Part shown: in pieces, positions 25,541 to 38,300 of the stretch
Position numbering within the stretch: the first letter of the stretch is position 1
How the letters are laid out: each line of letters starts with the position of its first letter
Source: Psammoneis japonica
Taxonomy: Eukaryota
NCBI GenBank assembly: GCA_008632985.1
Contig: QPGO01000014.1
Location: 124,001 to 188,000 of the forward strand
Direction: 5' to 3'
DNA: 64,000 nt
Notes under the pieces: generated by a model
What the model was told of the DNA's origin: nothing
Seen by the model: only the letters and a program-made list of their open reading frames with translations
The model's database searches: none
Program-made: the position numbers and the translations under genes

Positions 25541-25705
25541 ACTGGCGAGAGTGACGACTGAAGCCGACCGGCACCGGCCGAGGACATTTTTGATGGGCTG
25601 AAGGACATGTCTGAAGGCACGCAGTGCCTGAAGACATGGCCTGAAGCCTATCAAAAATGTCCGAAGCACGGTGATGGGTAGGCTGAAGTCTTCAGTATCG
25701 CCAGT
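25541..25705. mobile_element. Putative MITE (165 bp, TA-flanked)
   Basis: TA|ACTGGCGA...ACTGAAG at the left and CTTCAGTATCGCCAGT|TA at the right, with internal CTGAAG repeats. Confidence 0.45.
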
Positions 25706-26440
25706 TATATTGGTAACTGGATAAGCAGGATTATATACTGTATATATCTATAAAAGACAGTCGGAGTAGCCAATGCTCATACTTACCACGTAGGATTCTA
25801 CGTAACAGTCACAATTTGAATCGATTTTCCGGGACCGCTTTCGTGCAGAATTTCACACACACAATACTCACTTTCACGACGACGACACGCCATGGACTCA
25901 CGGCCGCTTATAAATCGACTGACGCACCGCAATTCGGGAGGTAAGAGCAATGTGTATGACTAATTTTGATGATTGTGATTCGTTGGGAGCGTTGGATTTT
26001 TTGCTGTGGCGTTGCGTTGTGCTGTTTTGACGCCGTTTCGATGAGTTTCATGCATGGTGCGTGTTGCTGTTGCTTTTGTTCGTCGCGGCGCGCCTCTTTT
26101 TTGCTCGCTTCAACTACTCATAGTGGTGCAACGATACCCCACTATTGTGCTTTCCTGTTGCGTCTTTTTGGCTCACTGTTGCTGTTTTGCGGCGCTTTGG
26201 GTGTCATCGTGGCTCAATCCGGTTCGTCGGACGCATCAGCGTGATGACTCGCACTGCATTCGTGTGGCTTTTACCGTTGGCATTCCAACTTCATAATAAT
26301 AAACTTAATAGACATAATAATGTATAAATTCAAATTGCATAAACTTAATATTTATATGTATATACATTATACTAGTCTACGGTCATAGTCTGTAATAAAT
26401 TGCTGCGTTATGTGAATTTATCAGCTACGTTATGTAAATT

Positions 26441-26588
26441 TGTCACTCGCCTCGGCACGCACCCGGTCACTCGCCTTGTTACTGACGTCATATTTGGGTC
26501 ACTCGCCTCGGCACTCGGTCACTAGCCTGTTACTGACGTCATATTTGGGTCACTCGCCTCGGCACCCGGTCACTCGCCTCGGCACTCA
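26441..26588. repeat. Minisatellite: 6x GTCACTCGCC with 2x TTACTGACGTCATATTTG
   Basis: Read directly from the sequence. One copy has the variant GTCACTAGCC. Confidence 0.9.
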
Positions 26589-27144
26589 ACGAACCCTTTA
26601 AGTAATGAAATGACCCCTCTAAGTGACGAAACGTCATCACCGACCGTCTGACCCCCCTGCTAGCCAGTTACGCATAGCATCGCATGCATGTAGAAATCTA
26701 CGTGAAGTTGGTACTAGCGTCGCTCCCCCTCTGCACGTCTCGCACCTCGCACCTCGCACTTTCGACGATGTTGACGATGTCGTGTCGGACGGCGGTGGTA
26801 GCCTTGGTAGAAGGAGACCAACCAGGAACCCCACCCTCCGTGCCTATGGCATCGTATAATAACTTTTATGTACAGTGACAGTAATCAATCCGTTGAAGCT
26901 CTAGGCTGGGGACGTGCTCTTTCTGAAAAGTTTTCCTTCCGTTTTTCCTGCTGACGAAGGCAACGTCGAGACGACGAAACTGTTTTCAAATATGCATCCA
27001 ATATTTTTCAAAATGCATTTTTGGCGGAGCATCCTCTGTAGCTCTCTGGCATGCCGCCACACTTCTCGTGCATTTTCCTTATCATAATTTCACTTGTTTA
27101 CCCTCCGTGCAGCAGTCGCAATCTGAAAAATTGGCATTTACACC

Positions 27145-28491
27145 ATGAGCCGCCCCTCATTGAAATTTCTAGCCATGGCGCTGCTTCTTGGCGGCTTGGT
27201 TCCATCTCTTAACGCACAATGTGCCGACACACCGTTAGCCTGTGGCGCTGGCTGCTACAATGACGGCGGTGGAACTTGCACGGAGGTTGGTCAAGGTTAC
27301 TACAGTCCAGCAGACAATAGTGCCCGGTTTGCGTGTGACCGCGGTGAATACTCTGACGTGAACAATGCAGAATCGTGCAGTCTGTGCTCGCCTGGAAGCT
27401 TCAGTGGTTTGACCGGGTCAACCTCCTGTACCGACTGCCCTCCTAACTTTTATCAAGACATGGCTGGTCAACGACTTTGCTTGGGTTGTACTCCAGGATA
27501 CACGGGTTCGGGGGCAAATTCCTTCACCATTGATCCCAATGATGGCTTCACCAGGATTTGTCAGCTGGCAACTCCGTCACCTACTGACGTGCCGTCCGAA
27601 TCTCCGTCGATGAGTCCAACGACAAGTCCGAGTTCTACTCCTTCCCTTGTACCATCCTCAAGCCCATCGCAGTTTCCAAGCACAACGCCGTCTGTTTCCC
27701 CCTCCATGGTTCCGTCCCTGACACCATCCGTGTCGCCATCCTTCACGCCATCCGTGCTGCCATCCTCAAGCCCTTCGGTGACGCATTCCGGTGTTCCGTC
27801 AACGACTCCATCGGACGTTCCATCGACGGTACCATCCTCCAGCCCGTCTCTGGCTCCGTCGATTTCTCCTTCTGACATTCCTTCGGTTGCTCCATCTGAC
27901 GTTCCCTCCGTGGCCCCGTCCGTCACGAGAAGTGGTACACCAAGCACGGAGCCGTCACTGCATCCGACTCAAGTTCCTTCGGTAGTTCCTACAGACGAAC
28001 CCAGTGATGTCCCATCGTTGAGCCCTTCGGTTTCCATGGCGCCGTCCTTGGTGACGGACAACAATTTGGACAATGATGGAAATGATGGGGGGCCAAGTGC
28101 AGGAGCATTGGCTGGAATCATTGTGGTTGCCATTGCAGGTGCGGCCTTTTTCGGTCTCTTGTTTTTCTTGTATATCAGACGCCAAGACGACGACGAGGAG
28201 GACGAAGAGGATGACACTCGCGAGTTTGATTCCAATGACGACATTCACGATATTGAATTGGAAACACCCAGCGATAGCGGCGGTGCGGCGACGGCTGCGT
28301 TCATGTACGATGAAGCCGATCCCAAGTCAATGGCTTACGCATCTTCTTCTTCGGCGGCTGCCAAGAAGGATTCTGGCGAAAAGGGCTTTTCCAACATGAA
28401 GGAGGATATTTTGGTGGATGGACAACCCATGGCAGAAGCCACCATGGTTGCTGACCTTGACGGCGCTCTTGATCATCGTGGAGTTCTCTAA
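27145..28491 (+). CDS. Type I membrane protein: Cys-rich (TNFR/GCC2_GCC3-like) ectodomain, PSxx repeat stalk, TM helix, acidic tail
   Basis: Signal peptide, C..G.YS....C..C..G.F repeats, many PS repeats and the TM segment GALAGIIVVAIAGAAFFGLLFFLYIRR. Confidence 0.85.
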   Translation: MSRPSLKFLAMALLLGGLVPSLNAQCADTPLACGAGCYNDGGGTCTEVGQGYYSPADNSARFACDRGEYSDVNNAESCSLCSPGSFSGLTGSTSCTDCPPNFYQDMAGQRLCLGCTPGYTGSGANSFTIDPNDGFTRICQLATPSPTDVPSESPSMSPTTSPSSTPSLVPSSSPSQFPSTTPSVSPSMVPSLTPSVSPSFTPSVLPSSSPSVTHSGVPSTTPSDVPSTVPSSSPSLAPSISPSDIPSVAPSDVPSVAPSVTRSGTPSTEPSLHPTQVPSVVPTDEPSDVPSLSPSVSMAPSLVTDNNLDNDGNDGGPSAGALAGIIVVAIAGAAFFGLLFFLYIRRQDDDEEDEEDDTREFDSNDDIHDIELETPSDSGGAATAAFMYDEADPKSMAYASSSSAAAKKDSGEKGFSNMKEDILVDGQPMAEATMVADLDGALDHRGVL

Positions 28492-29108
28492 AACCTAACT
28501 TCTCATATTAGATTCTAACGTTGAGATCACCGCCTTATACTGTCTTTCGAACCAGTGAAATGATCAATTTAAAAACAAGTCGACAGTACTGTATCAACAG
28601 TGCCGCGCTTCCGACGACGCGTTTCTGAAACTACAGTTTATTGAAACTTTCTGACGTTCGCCCGACGACCGGACTCTCTCCAGTAGTCTATCGGTTCTGA
28701 CACTTCTCCCTAAGGGATGTTGCATCAGCAGAAAGCATTGTAGAAGCCACTTTGCTACTCCGTAATATTAGGTAAGTTAGACTGTACCGTACGGCACGGT
28801 CGCGGTTAGGCAGGTGCCTCTAGAGCTAGGGCCTCTAGATAGGTTCTTCGTTTCTCACAGGAATTTCAACGCCTAAACCTGATAATGATGGAGCGCGATA
28901 GTGCGCATGCTGACGAATGCTGACGTGTTCGTTCGTTTTCCGCATTTTGATTGGCTGAGCGGAAATGGCGGGAAAATAACACAAGAGATTGGAAATCACA
29001 TCAGTCGCATCAAGACGCACACAACACACACACACACTCGAGCAACACTCGTTTGGCCTTTTGCGTTGCTGTTGTTGCAAGTCGTCAAGTAAATCTTCCA
29101 CAGGCATT

Positions 29109-30651
29109 ATGTTATCTGGTTCTACTAGAGTTCTTTTGAGGAACTCCTCACGAGCCTTGACTCGCAGTGCTCCAAAGGGCATTACAACTTCGGCACGTTT
29201 CAAAAGCACCGCAGCTCAAGACGATGACAACAGTCCGGCCTCGTTTAGTCCTGAGAAAATGGAAACAGATCGTCGTTATCAGGGAACTGTCGAGGTTCCC
29301 GAATCCTTATTGAACGACAAGAATGAAGCTGGTCCTTATAGTATTCGGGGTAAATTTCGTGAAGGCCGCGCCGTTTATCTAGACGGAAGTGCCACAACAC
29401 CGCTGGATCCGCGTGTCCTTGATGCCATGCTTCCCTACATGGTAAGTCTTCGATGTTACCGAAATTCGTTAGAAAGGCGATACCTTCTCACTTTTTATTT
29501 TTATCTGTTAGATTGGTTCGTTTGGTAATCCCCATTCGAGGACTCACGCGTTTGGTTGGGAGTCGGAACGCGTGGTGGAGAAAGCCAGAGGTCAGGTTGC
29601 CAATTTGATTGGAGCATCCGCCAAGGAAATTATTTTCACCAGTGGTGCCACTGAATCGAACAATTTAAGCATCAAGGGCGCGGCGCACTTTTATCGCAAA
29701 CGTGGCAAGCACGTAATTACAACGCAAACAGAGCACAAGTGTGTCTTGGATTCCTGTCGGTCTCTGGAACAAGAAGGTTATGAAGTGACTTATCTCAATG
29801 TCAAGGATGCCACTGGCCGTGTCGATATGGACGAACTCAAGGCTGCGATTCGTGATGACACAATTTTGGTTTCTGTCATGGCTGTCAACAATGAAATCGG
29901 TACTCTCCAACCCATCAAGGAGATTGGAGAATTGTGTCGTTCCAAAAAGATTGTCTTTCACACGGACGCTGCACAAATGTTGGGTAAAATGCCTATTGAT
30001 GTGAATGATCTAAAGATTGATCTCATGTCCATGTCGGGACACAAGGTTTACGGTCCCAAGGGAGTCGGTGCTCTCTATGTAAGGCGACGACCTCGAGTGC
30101 GACTCGAGCCCATTTTTAGCGGTGGTGGACAAGAGCGAGGATTGCGCAGTGGGACCTTGCCTCATGTACTGTGCGTCGGATTTGGTGCCGCTTGTGAGTT
30201 GGCGCAAAATGAAATGAAACACGATGAGGCATGGATCGGATACTTGTCCAATAAGCTCGAAAGTGGCATTCGTGAGCAGATTCCCGAAGTCACTCAAAAC
30301 GGAGATCCGCTCTATCGGTACCCCGGTTGTCTCAACTATTCATTCGCCTATGTTGAGGGTGAATCTTTGCTCATGGCTCTCAAGAACGTGGCTGTCTCGT
30401 CGGGATCAGCGTGTACCTCGGCCAGTTTGGAGCCGAGTTATGTGTTGAGGGCGTTGGGTGTTGACGATGAATTGGCGCATTCAAGTCTGAGATTCGGCAT
30501 TGGACGTTTCACAACCGAAGAAGAGGTTGACTTCACTTTGGAACTATTGACCGAACATGTTACCCGCCTTCGTGAAATGAGCCCTCTTTGGGAAATGGTG
30601 CAGGAAGGTATTGACTTGAAGGAGATTCAGTGGTCCCAAGATGCTCATTAA
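29109..30651 (+). CDS. NFS1: Mitochondrial cysteine desulfurase
   Basis: [44 protein letters not shown] and [17 protein letters not shown]. Arg/Ser-rich transit peptide. Intron at 29442-29511. Confidence 0.97.
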
Positions 30652-31379
30652 AATGTGGGCAACTCGAATTTCCTCATTATAGTTTAGATACTCGTTCTGT
30701 AGTAGATACTAATTTTCCAGTTGATTAGGATTATTTAGTCACCACGTACGAGATACGTCCTTCCTCGATTCTTCGAAGTTTGACCACCTACTCTACGTGC
30801 CGTACCGTGTTCTTTATGCCTTAGTAACTCTAGCTAGAGCTAGAGTAGGCCTACTAGCTACTCTCTAGCTAGGGCCTCTAGAGCTCTACTCTCTCTCTGC
30901 TGTGTAGAAATAGAAAAAGAGTAGACTCTCTGGCTAGCTAGAGAGTAGATCTATTGTACTTCTAATACGATGCAAAAAAGTAGTGTGCGCTTTCTTTACT
31001 TGTACGACTGGGATAGCAAGTTGGTGTTCGATGACACCGAACACCGCCATCAGTGGAGTTCGCAGATCCAAGATCCAAGATCACGCAGATCACATCGCAG
31101 ATTCGCAGTCAGGGGGAAACAATGGCGTTCAGACCTTTCAACAGTGAGATCGCATTGACAAAGGATACCGACCATCACTTTTTGTTCCTCATTGTGGCGT
31201 AGCACGGCGAGGAAATTGGAGATCTGATGCTTCACGAATGTTAACACAATAACGAGTAATCACGCGGTCTAAGAATTCTGAATACAAATAACCGAACTTT
31301 CGTGTCCGTTCAATCGTTGGTTGGACACATAAAACGAAAAACAACTCCGAAACAGCAAGAATTTTATTAACAATACAAA

Positions 31380-32582
31380 ATGAAACTCTCTTTTCCAGTT
31401 CTCCTCATGTCCACGCAGTGGTTAGACACTGTCGATGGTAACCGGCATTTCCAAGACGATCATAAAATCGCCCCAATCACCGGTCAGTGGAGTTTTCGAG
31501 TAGGCGCGTCTCGTAATCTCGCCGAGGGCTACGGTCGGATCTACTCGGACGCATCGTGTGTCGGTGTGAGTTGCGGCAAGGGCCCCTTTTGTATCGAGTT
31601 GCGAAACAGGGACACCAGTGACAAGGCCAAGCTCACGTTGGGTGATTGCAGCGGTCCGGGATGGAGGTTGGACAGCGACGGTTTCTTCCATAGTGAAGTG
31701 GATGATACGAAATGTATGCAAGCCTCTCAAACGGGAAGACCCGAAGAGGGTCAAAGGATTCGAATGTTTAGCTGCGATCCGGATAATGCACTTCAGCAAT
31801 TCGTGTATGAGGGAGGGCAGCGGATCAAACCAATTGGTGACTTGGATCTGTGCATGGTGTGGCAAGGGGATACTCCTGACGTTCATGACGACAATATCAT
31901 CCTCAAGCAGTGTGATGATGTCAGTGAGAGAAATGCCTGGAGTGGAGACTTTCCTGTGGAAGAAGGCTGCAGTCTATCTGACCCACAGAAATGCGCTCTC
32001 TATCGTAGCTACGATGAAAGCACATGCCCGTCGTTCTTTCCCACGTTTGTCGAGTTTCTGTGTCCAGAGTTCTACATGATCCCCCCCTCTGGTATTGACA
32101 AGGCATTGGCTGACGAATGGTGTGCGGACGAGGTACCTGCAAGGGATTCGACTTGTCTCCAGCGTTGTTCGAGTTACCTTCGGAATTGCTGCCCGTTTGT
32201 GACCGCAATCTATAGTCCTGGATTTGGAGACAGTACCTTTGCATGGGTAGACGAGAGTATTGTGTACAACACAAACGATATCCCCGGAGGCGTTGAACGT
32301 GGACCAAACTCGTCGGGAGAACCCGGATCGTTTGAATTTGTCTACGATGATAACGTGATGGAGTGGCTCTCGTACCAGTTTCAAGTCAGTCATTTCAATG
32401 GCTTTATGAATTCTCCCTTTGCCGCAGGCGTGGAGTCCATTGAAAGTGTCCGGGCAGCAGGTATTGCTCACGATGGATTATCGGAAAACATCTCGGCCCA
32501 ATTTGGAGTGACTGCGGTGACAAGCCTGTCCGATGAGGAACTCGGTGATGCCGTCAATAACTTTCTCGCATCGAACAAGTAG
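31380..32582 (+). CDS. Secreted protein with ricin B-type lectin domain
   Basis: N-terminal signal-like segment. Beta-trefoil pattern: FCIE..L.LGDC..W, KCMQA..IRMFSC...LQQF, LCMVW..IILKQC..NAW. Confidence 0.75.
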   Translation: MKLSFPVLLMSTQWLDTVDGNRHFQDDHKIAPITGQWSFRVGASRNLAEGYGRIYSDASCVGVSCGKGPFCIELRNRDTSDKAKLTLGDCSGPGWRLDSDGFFHSEVDDTKCMQASQTGRPEEGQRIRMFSCDPDNALQQFVYEGGQRIKPIGDLDLCMVWQGDTPDVHDDNIILKQCDDVSERNAWSGDFPVEEGCSLSDPQKCALYRSYDESTCPSFFPTFVEFLCPEFYMIPPSGIDKALADEWCADEVPARDSTCLQRCSSYLRNCCPFVTAIYSPGFGDSTFAWVDESIVYNTNDIPGGVERGPNSSGEPGSFEFVYDDNVMEWLSYQFQVSHFNGFMNSPFAAGVESIESVRAAGIAHDGLSENISAQFGVTAVTSLSDEELGDAVNNFLASNK

Positions 32583-33661
32583 GTCTGTGGTGGAGGTCAC
32601 TAAGGGGGGCTCTATTCATCTTCATTGCAGTCTACCTGATTCGTTCCTTATTACATGGTTTCTCCCTACCAGCATGCATTCTCGTACGTTGACGTGATAA
32701 AAGTAGCTATACATTCATTTATGTTCTTCTTAAAATTTACACTGTGCAAAAATGTGTTGCGAGAAAGTATGGCAGTAGATCGGCATGGCCGACCATTGGG
32801 TTGTGGATTTCCCATTTCATCGCCACAGACCTAACGACGACGGTAATATGACTGCAATTAGCCCAATTTCCTCAATTGAAAATCATTCCCCTCGCGACGG
32901 GATGCCATTTACACACATGGCGGATCCTTTCAGGCCCATTTCCCTGTCAAAGTGGCCCTCGGCACTTTGACTTCTTGCACCCAACAAGACATCATTGCCT
33001 CCGTCCATTCGACACCGATGCCCGCCGCACCTCACATATGTTTTTGGTGATCCTGTCGATCTGAAGTCAAGCGTGGATGCCTGCGGCTTGTCAACTCGCA
33101 CCTTGCCACTGACTGCGAAAAATCTTTTTGGGCAAGGCTGTCGCCGCGATTGGCTTGGACTGCAACTCAGCAACACTTCATCCCCAACCCTTAACGCCAC
33201 TGGCTTGCCCCAGCTCTTCTTAGACCAGATTGATCATCATGTCCAATTCCAACTTGAGTCTGTTGCGGAGCCCACCATTCTGACCATGCACAAACTCCTC
33301 ACAACAAAAGGGATCTCTATCACACGTAGCACGGGAATTCCTTGCAACCTACCGTATAATTCTACCGGACACGAACACTTGGCTGAATTCGGCGGTTTAC
33401 TGGTAGTTGGACCACCAAGCGAAAGCAATAGAAAAGAAGAAAGCCACACGAAAAGGCTTTCACTCTACACCTTCGACTACTGCATACCTAGCTAGTTCTA
33501 TGACATTCAAAAAAGTCTTGGAAGTGTGATTTGAATGATGGTTTTTTGAAAATTTACAACCGTTTGCTGCGGGACTGCTCCAAAAAGCACTCATGGCGAA
33601 TAGGCAAAAATAGCACCGTGGCAAGCTTGCATTGATCAATTGCTTCTTTCAAGACGGGAGG

Positions 33662-34485
33662 CTAGAAAAACTCAGGATCTGGCCCGGGTGGGGCTGGCTG
33701 ACCCTTAGGACGCTTCTTTTCGGCCTTCAACTGACGGCGACGTTCTCGCACGTCGGGGTTGGATTTGGCGCCGCGTAACATGCTCCCAATGTCACCGCCA
33801 TTGCCGGTCAGGGACATGTCTGAGATTCGCTGCATCACTTTGCCCGCCCGTTTCATTGTCTCTCGCTCCTTGGCAGCTTCCTTGCAATTCTTCTTGTGTC
33901 GCTCCTTCCAGTCCTTGGTCTGACACTCGCGACTGCAGTAGACAGCGATCTTGCATCCACTGCAGCGCGGAAATTGGGGGCGTCGTGTCGTTCCGTTCGG
34001 AAGCAGCCGATGGCATTGCAGCCGCAGCACCCAATCTTTCGCGGTCCCATCGTGACGGTACTGTATTTATACCATTCTGGCACCGGACTCGGAACTCCCG
34101 AATTTCGCTCTTTTTCCAAAATAGTCAAGTGCCCCTCCAGATCACAGGGGTCAACGCCATCGCAGGCAATGAGCATGCGAAGCATCCGAGACCGCAGACC
34201 CTTGCTGAGCTGCCTTTGCTGTACCGGCAAGATACGCTTGTAATGCGTTCGATACTCCGTGAGAATCTCGTCGGTTATGCCCAGGGCAGGAAGGCGTCGC
34301 TCAAAAGCACGTCGGCTTGCAGCTTCTGGGGTGTTATTTGCCATTGTGGCATCCTCGACCGCCCACTTTCGAAGAAGGGGGGAGCAGGTCGGAATCTCAC
34401 ACTCTTGGGGGTCAAGGAGATATTCCTCACGCTCCTCCGGAGTCATGAGATCCTCTCGGCCGCTGTAAAGGTCTGCTGGATTCAT
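33662..34485 (-). CDS. MYND zinc-finger protein
   Basis: C(NAIG)C...RCSGCKIAVYCSRECQTKDWKERHKKNC. Two ORFs join if one C is added to the C5 run at ~33976-33980. Confidence 0.8.
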
Positions 34486-35095
34486 TGTCCGTCTGCATTG
34501 TTCATGAAATGAGCAAGATTTGGGTTCGTTTTTTGCGATCAACGATCAACAAAGCTACTGAAACGCAAAATTTGCGAATCGCAAATTAATTTATAAAAAC
34601 AAATAGCTCGAATTTTTTCACGATGAAAGGACGTGCGAGGTCTCTGAGTGCTTCATTTTTCGCTTCAAATGAGCAAATGCCACTGTTTCGACAACCGAAG
34701 GTCTGTAAGTGACATGAAATAACAAACCAATCAGATTATTATCATTATGAAGAGCTATATGACGTTTTGTTTGTGAGGAAAGGCGGTGTAATAATCCAAA
34801 AAGGTCATTTTTTGTTGAAATCTTGCGATGCGTCGGCATGAGTTGCTGTCACGAGAAGGCAATTTCCTTTGAAAATAAGGATTTCTTGTCATTTCTTGTG
34901 CATCATATCTTTTCTTAATCGAAGTAGAAAGAACGCCTGCACCTTGAATTGCACCAGAGGATGTTGGCCGCGTCGCAAAGACGATCTTGGAGGGTGACAA
35001 GGGTCGTTTCTCGACTCGCCGCGTGATGATTGTGCGGGGATTCGGAATTTGTCGCAAATTTTGCGATGTCGCAAATTTTGCGATTCGGTAGAAAG

Positions 35096-35302
35096 TGGGG
35101 GACGTCTTCGGAAGTGAGACTGTCGAAGAAAGTTACGTAGATTTTGTACAAAAACAGTCTGTCAATCAGTGCGATTGGGTATTTGGGACCTCTGGACAGA
35201 TCCCTACGTGTTTTTTTTTTGCGTACAAATTGTACTGGGAAAACCCCAAACGCACTGGCGATCAGACCGCCTTCGACGATCTCACTTCCAAAGACGCCCC
35301 CC
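35096..35302. mobile_element. Putative MITE / inverted repeat (~207 bp)
   Basis: GGGGGACGTCTTCGGAAGTGAGACTGTCGAAG matches the reverse complement of CTTCGACGATCTCACTTCCAAAGACGCCCCCC with about 4 mismatches. No clear target-site duplication. Confidence 0.6.
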
Positions 35303-35359
35303 AAAAGGCGGGCAGCGTGTTGCGGGTTGGCGGCGGTTGGCGGTGACCGAGCCCAAAAG

Positions 35360-38300
35360 TCACCCGGATGTTAAATCTTTTGTTTGGTGGTGTTGAATTG
35401 CGGAAGCGCCACGCACACGCAGCAGTTGGCGACGATGGCAGCTTGGGTGCAAGTTACACTACAACAACATTGCAAACTGAACAATGAATGTGATGCCCGC
35501 ATGATCAGCAAGTTTTGTTGCAAGCAACAGTGAGCCACAACAGAGCGATTGTGGCACATGGAAAATCTTGCTGTGCTTGCTTGTCGAGTTGTCTGAGAGC
35601 TCTCTGCGGAAGTTGTTGCAAGCTTCTGGTTCTTTCGGGATGCAGCCAACTGTGTGTCCTGGGTGCATGATTTTGTGACACACTTTGATTTTGTGACACA
35701 CTTCATCTTGCAGCATCCCCTTCTGGACACTGACTTGGCAAAGGGCAACCTGGAACCTTGCAAGATGTCTCTTGCTTTGAGAGCTCACCATCGCTCCACG
35801 AGACTCACTGTCATCCTCCGCCCTCCACACCTGTGGATGAGGCACATCATGTGGTTGGCACATTTGGGAAAAAGGCGCCATGTGATGGCAACGTTGTTTT
35901 GGAAAACCACAGGTGGCACTTGTGGTGGAAAGGCAGTCAGCTGTGGGAGGAAGTGGCAGAGGATGGGGGGAGACAGGCTGAGGACACCCTGCCTGCCAGC
36001 TGCAGCTCTGCACATGGCATCACCTGATTCCTTGGCAGCACATGCAAGAAAGCTTTCTCCAGCCATGCTGTCCTCTTGTCTTGGCACCACTCAATGGCTT
36101 GTGAGTTGCAGCCAAGCCGCCAGCCATCTTTTCTGGAGTGCACCACTCGAGAGCATCAGCTGCAACCTTGGCGTGTTGGCTTCTTGCAATGCTCACCAAT
36201 GCACTTGATTCTTCCACCCTTGCAGCACTTGGCACTTGGAAACATGCTCTAGATGCTGTTTGCAAATGTTGTTCTCTTCAAGAGCAAACTTGTTCCACTC
36301 TCCATTGTGAGTCCATGCGAAGTCTCCTCGTGGACTCTCGCAGAAGCAAGATGGACGATGCACCAGGGTCACATGCAGGCAATTTGTCACCATGCCCTCC
36401 TGGCATGTTTCATGCTGAATTCTCTGTAAAAAAGTTTTTTGCACATGTGGAAACATGCAAGGATTCCAGAGGCATCGCAACAAACCATCCGTCTGACTTC
36501 CACGAGAGTCCATGAGGAGACCTTGGTGTGCGTGCAAGCACGCACGAAGAACGGTCGATGCACAGACTCATGATGGAGAGTGGAGCAGATCAGTGCACAC
36601 AGAACTTTGGATCCTCAGTGAAGGACAAGGTGTTGCAATGAAGTTGTCAGATTGCTCGTGGGTTCCAACCCAGCTGTGCCTTGTGGTTCTTGTGCACTTC
36701 AGAGAGCAGAATGACTCTGCACAGTGATTTGGCAACAACGTGGTCCAAGGCACAACCCCAGCATTTCTGTTTCACTTCAAACATGTCTTCACACATTTCA
36801 TTGATGACATCAAGTGCTGAACCATTGCAGTGCCCAGTGAGGCTGATTTAGTTTGCTGGCCTGGCAGCTGCAGAGTGTTGATGGTGCACGGCCATGTGGT
36901 CATCACTGGACCCACACATGTGTGGCCAAACACCAAGGATGACTTGGTCAGCTTTTGGAGCATTGGCTCTGGCCATCCATGTCTGTCATGCTTTGCCCCA
37001 TTGCACTGGGCAGCCTTGCACACAAACCAGCTGCTGCTGGCAGATCCACAAGCTCATGTGCTTGATTGCTTCTGAGACAAGCTCTGCCCTTTTTGCGCCA
37101 TTTCATTGAAGAGGGTCTTTCCCATTTTTGTGCCAACTTTGCCCCCAAAGAAATCAACAATGGCTTTCAATTGCTCAGCTTGCTGCAGACCCTCAGCACT
37201 TTTTTGTCATTGCCACCAAAAGTTCTTTTCATCAAAAACAAAGTCATTGTCATTCTTGATGTCACTGCCCATGTCACCTGTGCTCAAATCCACTCTCCTT
37301 GCAACAATGATTGTTTGACCTCTGCTTTTGGCTTGCAGAAACAATTTCTCCAGAGAAAAGCTTTTGCATCAACACAATTTTGTGTTGGCAACCTCAAGGA
37401 AACACTTTTGCACATTGCAAAGCCACACTGCTGCATCTTTTTGCTGGATGCAAACCCAGCTCAGCATGGCACATGTTCCATCACATGAAGCACACTGACA
37501 AGGAGTCTCTGAATCACTCCAGCTGCCACCAGTGGTGACTTTGTCATCATTTTTGAATGGCTTTGTTGCCTCCCCATCTTTGCAACATCTCAAGTCAATG
37601 CTGCTCACATGTGCACTTGAGCTGGTGCTGCTGCGCATTGTTGGCAAGCTCTTTTGTGTTTGTGCGCCAAAGAATCAACGCCCATGGCCCTGGAAGAGCA
37701 GTGCCAAGTGAAAAAAGCTCAAACCCATTTCAAAGTTCCACCACCGGGTGTCAGAAAAAGACATTTTTCACACACAGAATCAACGCCAGATGTTGCACAG
37801 AAATGCCAATCCATGCAGCAGATGGAGAGTTGTCAAGTGGTGCTGAAGGATGATCCAAGTGCGTGCTCACAAGCACCACAACAGGGACAGCGCTTTCACC
37901 ATGCAAGGAGGTGAAGAAATTGGTTGGCCAACAATGGGAGAAAAAGAAGTCATTGAGAACTGATGGATGTGCACAATCTCTGAAAGCACCTCCACAGCAA
38001 GAGGGCAAGTCTGATCTGCCCAGTGTGCCAAGCACACCTTTTCAGGGTGGGTGCTGCATGGCAAAGAAGAGGGTGAGAGGCACACAAAACAGCAGACCGG
38101 GAGCAGAGCAAGTTTGTTTTTTGGGGGGACACGTGCAGCTCAAAGTTTGACCTGGACCTCAGCGCTCAGCACCCAAACACAACCCGGACGTTCAATCCTT
38201 GTTTTGTTGAAGGGAATGCAACATGCATGGTTGCGATGGCACACAGCAGTTGGCGACAATGCAATGGAAGCTTGGGTGTCAAATTGCACTGCAACAGCAT

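Noticed and set aside
26441..26588. CRISPR-like repeat/spacer appearance
   Set aside because: The spacers themselves repeat, the units are too short, there are no cas genes, and the context is eukaryotic.
27570..28050. Short-period nucleotide repeats
   Set aside because: They encode the PSxx stalk of the membrane protein, a common diatom feature.
32785..33495. Short ORFs between the lectin and MYND genes
   Set aside because: No recognisable motifs and non-ATG or weak starts. They may be a relic but cannot be supported.
33960..33990. Split MYND gene
   Set aside because: One missing C in a C-run joins the two ORFs, so this is probably a sequencing error.
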